Shown piece after piece: positions 51,377 through 59,000 of a stretch of 64,000 bases of DNA. The notes beneath the pieces are model-generated. The model searched no databases, was not told the origin of the DNA, and saw only the letters and a program-made list of their open reading frames with translations. How positions within the stretch are numbered: the first letter of the stretch is position 1; each line of letters opens with the position of its first letter. The translations under genes were made by a program, and so were the position numbers. The stretch spans positions 29,540-93,539 of the forward strand of contig JAAYNZ010000007.1 of assembly GCA_012520595.1 (NCBI GenBank), read 5' to 3'. This DNA is from Candidatus Epulonipiscium sp. (GTDB lineage: Bacteria; Bacillota; Clostridia; Lachnospirales; JAAYNZ01).

Positions 51377-52297
51377 TTATCCTTGCATTTGTTTTGCTAC
51401 TTCTTCTGCAAAGTTTTCTTCTCTTTTTTCTAATCCTTCTCCTGTTTCATAACGTACAAAACGTTTTATACTGATAGGACAACCTACTTCTTTGGCTATG
51501 CTATCTACATATTTTTTCACAGTAAGATCAGGATCTTTTACATAAGCTTGATCTAACAAGCAAACTTCTTTTAATGTTTTCATTAAACGGCCTTCTACCA
51601 TTTTTTCTACGATCTTTTCAGGCTTTCCTTCATTTAAAGCTTGTTGTTTTAAGATTTCTCTTTCTTTCGCAATATGGTCTGCAGGGATTTCATCTTCGTT
51701 TACATATTGGGGATTTACTGCTGCTACTTGCATAGCTAAATTTTTACCAGCTTCAACCACAGCATCATTTACTTTTTCTGATTGTAATTCGACTAAAACG
51801 CCAATACGTCCTCCACCATGGATATAAGAAACAACAACACCATCCGTAGCTTCAAATTTTACAAAACGGCGAATGCTTAAATTTTCTCCGATAACAGAAA
51901 TTTTATCTACTAATACGTCTTGTACTGTTTGATTGTTATCTTCGATCCAAGATTCTGCTAAGAAATTTTCTAAGGTATCTGCCTTTGTTTGAGCTGCTTG
52001 CTTGGCTACTAAAGCTACATAGGAACGAAAATCTTCATTTTTTGCTACAAAGTCAGTTTCACTATTAACCTCTACTAAGGCCCCTACTTTTCCATCTTCT
52101 GAAATATAATCCATAACTAAACCTTCAGCAGCGATACGTCCTGCTTTTTTAGCCGCAGCAGCTAAGCCTTTTTCTCGTAAAAATTCTACTGCTTTTTCCA
52201 TATCTCCATTGGTTTCAGTTAATGCTTTTTTACAATCCATCATTCCAGCACCAGTTACTTCTCTTAATTCTTTTACCATACTTGCTGTAATTGCCAT
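51377..52297 (-). CDS. tsf: elongation factor Ts
   Basis: 306 aa with an N-terminal UBA-like motif (VKELREVTGAGMMDCKKAL). Confidence 0.95.
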   Translation of the reverse strand: MAITASMVKELREVTGAGMMDCKKALTETNGDMEKAVEFLREKGLAAAAKKAGRIAAEGLVMDYISEDGKVGALVEVNSETDFVAKNEDFRSYVALVAKQAAQTKADTLENFLAESWIEDNNQTVQDVLVDKISVIGENLSIRRFVKFEATDGVVVSYIHGGGRIGVLVELQSEKVNDAVVEAGKNLAMQVAAVNPQYVNEDEIPADHIAKEREILKQQALNEGKPEKIVEKMVEGRLMKTLKEVCLLDQAYVKDPDLTVKKYVDSIAKEVGCPISIKRFVRYETGEGLEKREENFAEEVAKQMQG

Positions 52298-52364
52298 TAT
52301 TAACCCTCCGTTTACTCTTTTATTCAGTCTATATTTTTTGTATTTTTTTACAATTTATACCCTT

Positions 52365-52407
52365 GCTATAATAAAAGCTTCAACCTGCTTTTATAGGCTG
52401 AAGCTTT
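52365..52407 (-). terminator. terminator/attenuator hairpin between rpsB and tsf
   Basis: A 12-bp stem pairs 52374-52385 with 52396-52407, including one G-U pair in the RNA. On the minus strand it is followed by TTATTATAG. Confidence 0.5.
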
Positions 52408-52432
52408 AAAATATGCTAACTCTAAAAGCACA

Positions 52433-53215
52433 TTATTCTTGTGTCTCTTCAGTTTCTTCTTCAGTTGCCTCTTCAGTTTCAGTGCCTTTACTTTGTTCTG
52501 CACCTTCTACGGGTTGCTCTTCATGATCTTGGTATCCTTGGTTTGCTTCGATGACTGCGTCAGCCATTTTACTAACAATTAATTTGACAGCTCTGATTGC
52601 ATCATCATTTCCAGGAATAACATAATCAACTTCTTCTGGATCGCAGTTAGTATCTACAATTGCCACAATAGGAATTCCTAGAATATGCGCCTCTTGAATG
52701 GCTAATCTTTCTTTTCTAGGATCAACAATAAAAAGTATATCTGGAATGGTTTCCATTGTTTTAATACCGCCTAGGCTCTTCTCTAATTTTTCTTTTTCAT
52801 TTCGAAGTTGTATTACTTCTTTTTTAGGCAGTACTTCAAATGTTCCATCTTCTTCCATTATTTCTAGTTGTTTTAATCTTTCAATACGAGTTCGAATAGT
52901 TTTAAAATTAGTTAACATCCCACCAAGCCATCGTTGATTAACATAATACATTCCACAACGTTCTGCTTCTGATTTAATGGAGTCTTGGGCTTGTTTTTTA
53001 GTCCCAACAAATAAAACCTTACCACCATCTTCTACTACTTCACGAATGGCATAATAAGCTTGGTCTACTTTTTTTACAGTTTTTTGTAAATCAATAATAT
53101 AGATCCCATTTCTTTCTGTAAAGATATATTCTGCCATTTTAGGATTCCAACGTCTTGTTTGGTGTCCAAAATGAACCCCTGCTTCTAGTAATTGCTTCAT
53201 TGAAATTACGCTCAT
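52433..53215 (-). CDS. rpsB: 30S ribosomal protein S2
   Basis: It contains [17 protein letters not shown] and has an acidic C-terminal tail. I moved the start to the ATG at 53215 (MSVISMKQ), which has the RBS TAGGAGG. The track's 15-codon extension lies in the leader. Confidence 0.94.
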   Translation of the reverse strand: MSVISMKQLLEAGVHFGHQTRRWNPKMAEYIFTERNGIYIIDLQKTVKKVDQAYYAIREVVEDGGKVLFVGTKKQAQDSIKSEAERCGMYYVNQRWLGGMLTNFKTIRTRIERLKQLEIMEEDGTFEVLPKKEVIQLRNEKEKLEKSLGGIKTMETIPDILFIVDPRKERLAIQEAHILGIPIVAIVDTNCDPEEVDYVIPGNDDAIRAVKLIVSKMADAVIEANQGYQDHEEQPVEGAEQSKGTETEEATEEETEETQE

Positions 53216-53261
53216 AATAAATATCCTCCTACATTTTGGTTTATCCTCCGTATTTCTCATC

Positions 53262-53296
53262 TTTTTTGGGGAACCTTACGGCACCTCCCTAAAAAA
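53262..53296 (-). promoter_or_regulatory. long hairpin in the rpsB 5' leader
   Basis: The minus-strand RNA is UUUUUUAGGGAGGUGCCGUAAGGUUCCCCAAAAAA. U6 pairs with A6 and GGG with CCC, and an inner CC/GG stem is capped by a GUAA (GNRA) loop. Confidence 0.45.
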
Positions 53297-53326
53297 TTAA
53301 AATACGTGTGTTTTCTCTCGCTGATT

Positions 53327-53355
53327 AGTATATCACAAGGTTTTTCTTTTGGCAA
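53327..53355 (-). promoter_or_regulatory. sigma-A promoter for rpsB-tsf (extended -10)
   Basis: On the minus strand: TTGCCA, a 17-nt spacer, then TATACT, with TGA directly upstream of the -10. It begins 6 nt after the stop of the upstream gene. Confidence 0.6.
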
Positions 53356-53361
53356 TATCTT

Positions 53362-53892
53362 TTATGTGTTTTTTTCTTTTCTCTGTAGAATCCATAATAT
53401 TTCTTCATACGTACTCCCTAGTGGTATTTGAAATTGACCTGAACGCAATTTTTTTGTTGCATTCTCTTCTAGAAGAAAAGTATAAAAACTTTCCGGATCT
53501 TTAATAATTCCTTTTTCTGTTAGGATTTTACTAATGGCAATAGCACTAGAACCTGAGGGAATATGGACGGTTATCATGTTGTTTTCTATTTCCATACTAT
53601 CTTCTTCTACCTGGTTGTCCTGCGGATGATCCTCAATAAAATCCATGCCTAGTTCTCTAGCTTTGACGATAATCTCCTCTTCCGTCCAATCTTCTGTTGC
53701 CGAAGGAAGTTCTGTAATAAAAATCATACCTAGTTCTTGTGCCTTTGCAATAATCTCTTCTTTCTCCCAAGTTGGATTTAACGGGGGCACTTTTTTGCTC
53801 TGAGTTCCCATCATAATAAAAAAGGCAAAGAGAGAAGATACAATAATACCAATACCAATACCACTAAAAAAAATTCCTTTTTTTACACTCAT
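53362..53892 (-). CDS. hypothetical membrane-anchored protein with a 27-aa tandem repeat and a C-terminal YceG/MltG N-terminal-like (LysM-like) domain
   Basis: 176 aa with an N-terminal TM helix. Two repeats follow: W-x-(K/E)EEII-x-KA-x-ELGM-x-FI. The C-terminus (ITVHIPSGSSAIAISKILTEKGIIKD...LRSGQFQIPLGSTYEEIL) resembles the non-catalytic N-terminal module of MltG. No transglycosylase domain is present. Confidence 0.6.
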   Translation of the reverse strand: MSVKKGIFFSGIGIGIIVSSLFAFFIMMGTQSKKVPPLNPTWEKEEIIAKAQELGMIFITELPSATEDWTEEEIIVKARELGMDFIEDHPQDNQVEEDSMEIENNMITVHIPSGSSAIAISKILTEKGIIKDPESFYTFLLEENATKKLRSGQFQIPLGSTYEEILWILQRKEKNT

Positions 53893-53896
53893 CTTC

Positions 53897-54352
53897 TCAC
53901 CTCATCTGAAAAAGTCCAATCATTAGTTGAACTTCTCCTTTACCTAATTGTAATTCTCTAGCGATTTCATCAATAGTCTTTCCTTCTTTATACATTTCCA
54001 AAACTTGTTTTTGTTCTTGAGAAAGATGTTTTTCTTTCGTTTCTTTTACTGTTCTTTGATATACTTGCTTTTCTTTTTCATCAATAAGTTGATAAAGTAG
54101 TATTAATTCTTTATGTTTATTTTCTATTTCTTTCATTAAATAGGAGGCAAAATCATTTAAGTCTCCTACCATTTCTTTAGCTTCTTGTGTTTTTGCATCC
54201 AATTGTTTTTCAATTTGAATGATATTTGATACCTCCATGGGTACCTCTTTTTTTCGATAAAACCAGATCCCAAGTAAAACAAATAACGTGCCTATTCCCA
54301 TCATCAAAATGACAAAAAATATTTCTAGGGTCATATCCCACATTTTAGCCAC
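53897..54352 (-). CDS. hypothetical single-pass membrane protein with coiled coil and C-terminal helix-turn-helix
   Basis: 151 aa. It has a TM helix (LEIFFVILMMGIGTLFVLLGIWFY) and a charged helical middle region. The C-terminus (QKQVLEMYKEGKTIDEIARELQLGKGEVQLMIGL) resembles a sigma-70 region 4 or LuxR-type HTH. Confidence 0.55.
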   Translation of the reverse strand: MAKMWDMTLEIFFVILMMGIGTLFVLLGIWFYRKKEVPMEVSNIIQIEKQLDAKTQEAKEMVGDLNDFASYLMKEIENKHKELILLYQLIDEKEKQVYQRTVKETKEKHLSQEQKQVLEMYKEGKTIDEIARELQLGKGEVQLMIGLFQMR

Positions 54353-54361
54353 CTCAAAATA

Positions 54362-54667
54362 CTAAATTCGAATATCAATATGTCCTTGGATACCTTTCTC
54401 AAATTTTCGTTCTTCTTTTTGCCCTTTTTTCTTTTTCTGTTGAGAAGAGTGTCTATTTTTGCTCCTTTGCTCTTGTTCATAAATTACAGCTTTTTCTGAT
54501 TGATTTGCTTTTGGCACTTGCTGTTTTTGTTGTATCTCTTGTTTTTGCATATTCATCTGAAATTGTTGTTGTTCCATAGTTTGTTTTTGCATTTCCAAAT
54601 GTTGTTGATGACCGACTTCTGGCGTCTTAGGGATCATGACTTGCATATCTAACGGTCGAATGGACAT
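54362..54667 (-). CDS. hypothetical Gln/Lys-rich small protein (101 aa)
   Basis: I moved the start to the ATG at 54667 (MSIRPLDMQVMIPKTPEV...), which has the RBS AAGGGGGTGAGGG. The track's longer ORF would overlap the FapA gene by 92 nt. The sequence is low-complexity and Q/K-rich, and I recognise no family. Confidence 0.5.
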   Translation of the reverse strand: MSIRPLDMQVMIPKTPEVGHQQHLEMQKQTMEQQQFQMNMQKQEIQQKQQVPKANQSEKAVIYEQEQRSKNRHSSQQKKKKGQKEERKFEKGIQGHIDIRI

Positions 54668-54680
54668 TCCCTCACCCCCT

Positions 54681-56297
54681 TTATCGATATACATCAACTT
54701 TAATTTCACCTTGGTCCTGATAAAGAGTACAATATTGAATATCTTCTCGCACATACATGCTGATGGTACCAATCGTTACCTTTACGCCAGGATAAATTAA
54801 TTTTAATGCCTTTACTTTACCTAACGCTTTTACTTCTAATAATGGAAGTAATTGATCCATTTCATTTCGTGTGCTTAAAATTTGTTGTTGCAAATAAATT
54901 TTTGTTTTTGTCGATTTTATAAGCAGATCTCGTTTTGCTTCTGATAGTTCTCCTGCTTCTTGCAATCGAGTTAATAAACTGATGGCCTGCTCAATTTGTT
55001 TGCATTCTTTTTCCAGTTTCTTTACGTTCTCTTTTAAAAAACGAAACTGTTCTAAAATACTAGGATCTAAACCTACCTCCAATTCTGTAACCGTCGCCAT
55101 GGAGGATCCTATGGTTTTAGCTACTATTTCATAACCTGCTCGTAAAACTCCACCTACAATCAAGCCTCTTTTACCTTCAACACAAATACTTGTTCCACTT
55201 TTTACAAAACTATGCATAATAGCTTCGCTGCGAACTTCTCCTTGGGCTTCTACATAACTATTTTCGATATATTTTGCAATGACATTTCCATTGGCTTGGA
55301 GTTTTCCACGACCCATTCCTTGTATTCCTCTATGTAAAATAATGTCTCCTTCGGCTATTAAATTAGCTCCTTCTACTACACCATAAACTTCAATATTTCC
55401 TCCAGATTGAATGGAAAATCCAGTTAAAACATTGCCTTTCACAATAACCGTGCCAACAAAATTAATATTCCCTGTAGAAGGTCCTACATTCGCAGGCACT
55501 TCATAGATCTCTTTTACATTTACTTTATTCTCAAAAACAATTACTTGTCCATCAATAGCTGCAATAAGCTGGGTTCCATCTTCTGAAATAAATGTATTTT
55601 TTCCCTGGGGCAAACGTGTAGGTTTTCCTTGGAGGGATGCTACTTCTTCACCAAAAACATTTTTCCCAGGAACTCCTTTTTCAGGTGGGTATAGAGTTAC
55701 CAACACTTGACCTTTTTTTACATTCTCAATCAGATCTAAATTATGAAAATCGACACTACCATCTTCTTTGATTTCAGGTTTTACATCTTTAGTAGTTGCA
55801 AAGTGATATGCTAAATACCCATCTTTTCCTGGAAGTGGTTCTTTCCCAGTAGCAATTAAATATTTATGATAATATTTCCTTCTTTGCTCCAATGTGTTAA
55901 TTAAATCCATATCCATTCCAAAACAAATTCCTTTTTCTTGAAGGGCCTTTTGAATTTGATTGGATTGAATTTTTTTTCCTCCTTTTTGAGGTGGAAGAAA
56001 AGAAATAGCGGCATACATCTTGTTAGAAGAAATTTCAATATTGATTTCTTCATCCATTATAGGAAGATCCATTGGATCTGAAACTTTAATTTCTGTTTCT
56101 TTATTTTTAAATTGAAGGGCTTTTTTGATCTGTGACAAAGGATAGTTATAAATTCTATTTCTTTCTAGCGTGTAAATAATGTCTTGTAGTATTGTTCCCA
56201 CAAGCCCATCCGATGATGTTTGAATCCTTAAATAGATTCCATCACTCTTAGTATGAAGTTCAAAAATTTGCCGGTCCTCATTTACCTGTTTTTCCAT
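54681..56297 (-). CDS. FapA family (DUF342) protein
   Basis: 538 aa. It has a beta-helix-like repetitive core (GNIxVxG repeats such as GNINFVGTVIVKGNV and GGNIEVYGVVEGANL) and a C-terminal coiled coil. It lies directly after sigD, as is common in Firmicute flagellar loci. Confidence 0.7.
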   Translation of the reverse strand: MEKQVNEDRQIFELHTKSDGIYLRIQTSSDGLVGTILQDIIYTLERNRIYNYPLSQIKKALQFKNKETEIKVSDPMDLPIMDEEINIEISSNKMYAAISFLPPQKGGKKIQSNQIQKALQEKGICFGMDMDLINTLEQRRKYYHKYLIATGKEPLPGKDGYLAYHFATTKDVKPEIKEDGSVDFHNLDLIENVKKGQVLVTLYPPEKGVPGKNVFGEEVASLQGKPTRLPQGKNTFISEDGTQLIAAIDGQVIVFENKVNVKEIYEVPANVGPSTGNINFVGTVIVKGNVLTGFSIQSGGNIEVYGVVEGANLIAEGDIILHRGIQGMGRGKLQANGNVIAKYIENSYVEAQGEVRSEAIMHSFVKSGTSICVEGKRGLIVGGVLRAGYEIVAKTIGSSMATVTELEVGLDPSILEQFRFLKENVKKLEKECKQIEQAISLLTRLQEAGELSEAKRDLLIKSTKTKIYLQQQILSTRNEMDQLLPLLEVKALGKVKALKLIYPGVKVTIGTISMYVREDIQYCTLYQDQGEIKVDVYR

Positions 56298-56313
56298 ACC
56301 CCTTCTCTCCTTC

Positions 56314-57081
56314 CTACACCCCTAACAAAACTTCCTGATATTCTCCTAGTTTTCCTTTTAACCTCATAAGTGCTTTTGTATGTAGTTGAGAAATTCTAGA
56401 TTCGGAAACCCCTAATATATAACTGATTTCTTTTAATGTCATTTCCTCAAAATAATAAAAAAAGATGATTTGTTTTTCTCTTTCAGGTAACTCTTCTATG
56501 GTTCGAGCTATTAGTTCTTTTAACTCTTTTTGCTCTAAGCAATATTCTGGCTTATCTTGAAGTTTTGCTTGATGAAAAGTTAAATTCATTTCATAATTTT
56601 GATCCATATAATCTTCCAAGGAAACTAATGAAATAATATTGATCTCTTTTAAAAGTTCCTGAAAATCTAAAAGCGCCATTCCTAGCTCTTTTGCTACTTC
56701 TTGGTCAGTAGCTGGACGACCTAATGTTGCTTCCAATTTCATATACGCTTTTTCTACATTCTTTTGTTTTTGTCGTAAAGATCTAGGTACCCAATCCATT
56801 TTTCGAATATGATCTAATATGGCTCCACGAATTCGTAAAGAGGCATAAGTTTCAAATTTAACACCTTTTCCTAAATCAAATTTATCAATGGCATCAATCA
56901 GTCCAAATACCCCATATCCTATCAAATCTTCATATTCCACATTTTGGCCCAAATAGATATGTAATCGTCCTGCTACATATTTGATTAGAGGAGAATACTC
57001 TATAATTAGCTTTTCCTTGATATGGGAACTTTTCGTTTTTTCATATTCGACCCATAAAGCTTCTATATTTTTTTTTGTCAT
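56314..57081 (-). CDS. sigD: flagellar RNA polymerase sigma factor (FliA/SigD, sigma-28)
   Basis: 255 aa with regions 2, 3 and 4 (YASLRIRGAILD; LKEISYILGVSESRISQLH). It follows the che genes. Confidence 0.9.
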   Translation of the reverse strand: MTKKNIEALWVEYEKTKSSHIKEKLIIEYSPLIKYVAGRLHIYLGQNVEYEDLIGYGVFGLIDAIDKFDLGKGVKFETYASLRIRGAILDHIRKMDWVPRSLRQKQKNVEKAYMKLEATLGRPATDQEVAKELGMALLDFQELLKEINIISLVSLEDYMDQNYEMNLTFHQAKLQDKPEYCLEQKELKELIARTIEELPEREKQIIFFYYFEEMTLKEISYILGVSESRISQLHTKALMRLKGKLGEYQEVLLGV

Positions 57082-57115
57082 AGAATTCCTCCCATAAATT
57101 ACAACAAATCTTCTC

Positions 57116-57394
57116 TCAATCCATTAAGGCTTCCTGTTTTTCTTGTTCTTTATCTTCTTCCTTTTCTTCTTGTTTTATGGGTTGAATGGTAAGATCTACA
57201 TCCATCATGTTTTCTAACAAAATAGTATGTAAAACGCTTTTTGTAATTCGCCCAATGATATAAAAAACAAGAATGGTTCCTATTAATTTTAGTGCCATTA
57301 CTTGTAATGTATCTTTTTGCAAATAACTTATAAATCCAATAAGTAATGCTGCAAATAAAGGTAGTATAATGTGAATTTTTTTTAATATTTTCAT
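57116..57394 (-). CDS. hypothetical two-TM membrane protein with an acidic C-terminal tail
   Basis: 92 aa. It has two hydrophobic helices followed by KQEEKEEDKEQEKQEALMD. It is wedged between cheD and sigD. Confidence 0.5.
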   Translation of the reverse strand: MKILKKIHIILPLFAALLIGFISYLQKDTLQVMALKLIGTILVFYIIGRITKSVLHTILLENMMDVDLTIQPIKQEEKEEDKEQEKQEALMD

Positions 57395-57418
57395 CTTTTT
57401 AACCTCAATATATGGATT

Positions 57419-57910
57419 TTAAATCTCCTTAATCCCTTTTCCTATGGTTTTTATCAATAAAACTCCATTATGAGTGTGTAATTCTATCGTACGTCCATAG
57501 TTGGCACCTGTATCCTCTGCCACAATAGGAATTCCTAATTCTCCCAAAATTTTTTTGGTTGCTAGAACATTTCTTTCTCCAATCCGCATTAAATCATTGG
57601 TTTGTTGAAAGGCAAACATCTGAGCCCCTCCAGCTAATTTGGCAACCAAACGATTTTTTTTTGCCCCTATTTTGGTCATTTCTTCAACCAATTGAATCGT
57701 TCCAGTATCTGCGAATTTTGCTTTGTTTTGGTTATCGCGAATTTGCGTACTATCTGGAAGCATAACATGGGCTAATCCTCCAATTTTCTCAATGGGATCA
57801 TACAAAGTAATTCCTACGCATGAACCCAACCCTAAAGTCGTTAAAACACCAGGATATTTAGATGTATTTAAATCTGCCATTCCCACTTTAATCATCATCT
57901 TCTGATCCAT
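57419..57910 (-). CDS. cheD: chemoreceptor glutamine deamidase CheD
   Basis: It contains TTLGLGSCVGITLYD and GGAQMF. The start is set at the ATG at 57910, which overlaps the cheC stop as TAATG and has 10-nt spacing to AGGAG. The track start is three codons upstream. Confidence 0.88.
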   Translation of the reverse strand: MDQKMMIKVGMADLNTSKYPGVLTTLGLGSCVGITLYDPIEKIGGLAHVMLPDSTQIRDNQNKAKFADTGTIQLVEEMTKIGAKKNRLVAKLAGGAQMFAFQQTNDLMRIGERNVLATKKILGELGIPIVAEDTGANYGRTIELHTHNGVLLIKTIGKGIKEI

Positions 57911-58536
57911 TATGACCATACTCCTAATGCATTTAAAATTTTATTAAAGGACGTCATCTCTGGAATCAGTATAAAATATCCTGACACCTGATCATGCCCT
58001 TCTATAAATTCTGTTTCAATAAACAAGGCTTTATCTCCAATTTTTCCAAATTCGATAGCAGGAACGCTTAAAATGGCACCTGCCATATCCTGTGCCATAT
58101 AGGGAATGGAGGGAGCAATTTTTAAATTGGTAAGACTAGCAAGGGAAGATAAATAAGAGCCTGCTAAAATATTCCCAATCTCTTGTAAAGCTGATAAATC
58201 TAAATCCGTAAATGCTTCATCATCATGAACCTCTCTACCCATGAGTAAGTTAACTAAAATACGAACGGAACGCTGATCTAAAACGAACATCATCATTCCT
58301 GTAATATCTCCGCTTAAATTAAATAAGATCCCAATAACTTCTGTATCTGCTCCTCCTAATAAATCAGCAACATGCTTGAATTCTAAAACATTGACTTTCG
58401 GAACACCCATATCAATTTTTTTATTAATTAATTTTGCTAATGCTGTCGTAGCATTCCCCGAGCCAATATTGCCTATTTCACGTAAAACATCTAAGTGAAG
58501 AGTGTTCAATTGATCTACATCATGTATCTTTGGCAT
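57910..58536 (-). CDS. cheC: CheY-P phosphatase CheC
   Basis: 208 aa with duplicated E-x2-N-x22-P type motifs (LREIGNIGSGNA... and LQEIGNILAGSY...). Confidence 0.88.
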   Translation of the reverse strand: MPKIHDVDQLNTLHLDVLREIGNIGSGNATTALAKLINKKIDMGVPKVNVLEFKHVADLLGGADTEVIGILFNLSGDITGMMMFVLDQRSVRILVNLLMGREVHDDEAFTDLDLSALQEIGNILAGSYLSSLASLTNLKIAPSIPYMAQDMAGAILSVPAIEFGKIGDKALFIETEFIEGHDQVSGYFILIPEMTSFNKILNALGVWS

Positions 58537-58540
58537 ATCA

Positions 58541-58984
58541 TCACTCCTTATTGGGCAAAAGTTCTTCCATTAATGTATTTATATTTAATAGTGTAACAAT
58601 TTGTTGATCTGTCTTACCAACTCCTTGGATCCATTTTTGTTCACTACCTATGGCTAGTCTTTGAATAGTTTCGATTGACTCTTGTGAAAATTCAACGACT
58701 TCTCTCACTTCATCAACGATCATTCCAATACAGTGTTCTTCTGTTTTAATAATGACAATACGTGTATTATGACTATACTCATCCGAATCTAACCCAAATT
58801 TAAGACGTAAACTCATAACAGGAATAATATCTCCTCGTAAATTAACTACACCTTTAATAAAAAAAGGGGCTTGGGGCACTCTTGTAATATCCCTCATTCG
58901 AATAATGGTTTCTATTTGTTGTATATCAATACCAAATTGTTCTTGATCAAGGACAACAACAACATATTGTTTATTTTCATTCAT
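58541..58984 (-). CDS. cheW: chemotaxis coupling protein CheW
   Basis: It has CheW-like domain sequence (GVVNLRGDIIPV). I moved the start to the ATG at 58984 (MNENKQ), which has the RBS GGGAGGAGGG. The track start overlaps cheA by 20 nt. Confidence 0.88.
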   Translation of the reverse strand: MNENKQYVVVVLDQEQFGIDIQQIETIIRMRDITRVPQAPFFIKGVVNLRGDIIPVMSLRLKFGLDSDEYSHNTRIVIIKTEEHCIGMIVDEVREVVEFSQESIETIQRLAIGSEQKWIQGVGKTDQQIVTLLNINTLMEELLPNKE

Positions 58985-59000
58985 GAAACTTCCCTCCTCC

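Noticed and set aside
53216-53260. These are N-terminal extensions of track ORFs. They affect rpsB (53216-53260), tepA (25804-25929), the Q-rich protein (54668-54772), recA (15152-15202), rimO (18910-18948), cheW (58985-59020), pnp (32420-32446), aspB (10881-10889) and rseP (47113-47121).
   Set aside because: In each case a downstream start has a much better Shine-Dalgarno sequence and restores the canonical N-terminus of the family. The extension either overlaps the upstream gene or lies in promoter, operator or leader sequence.
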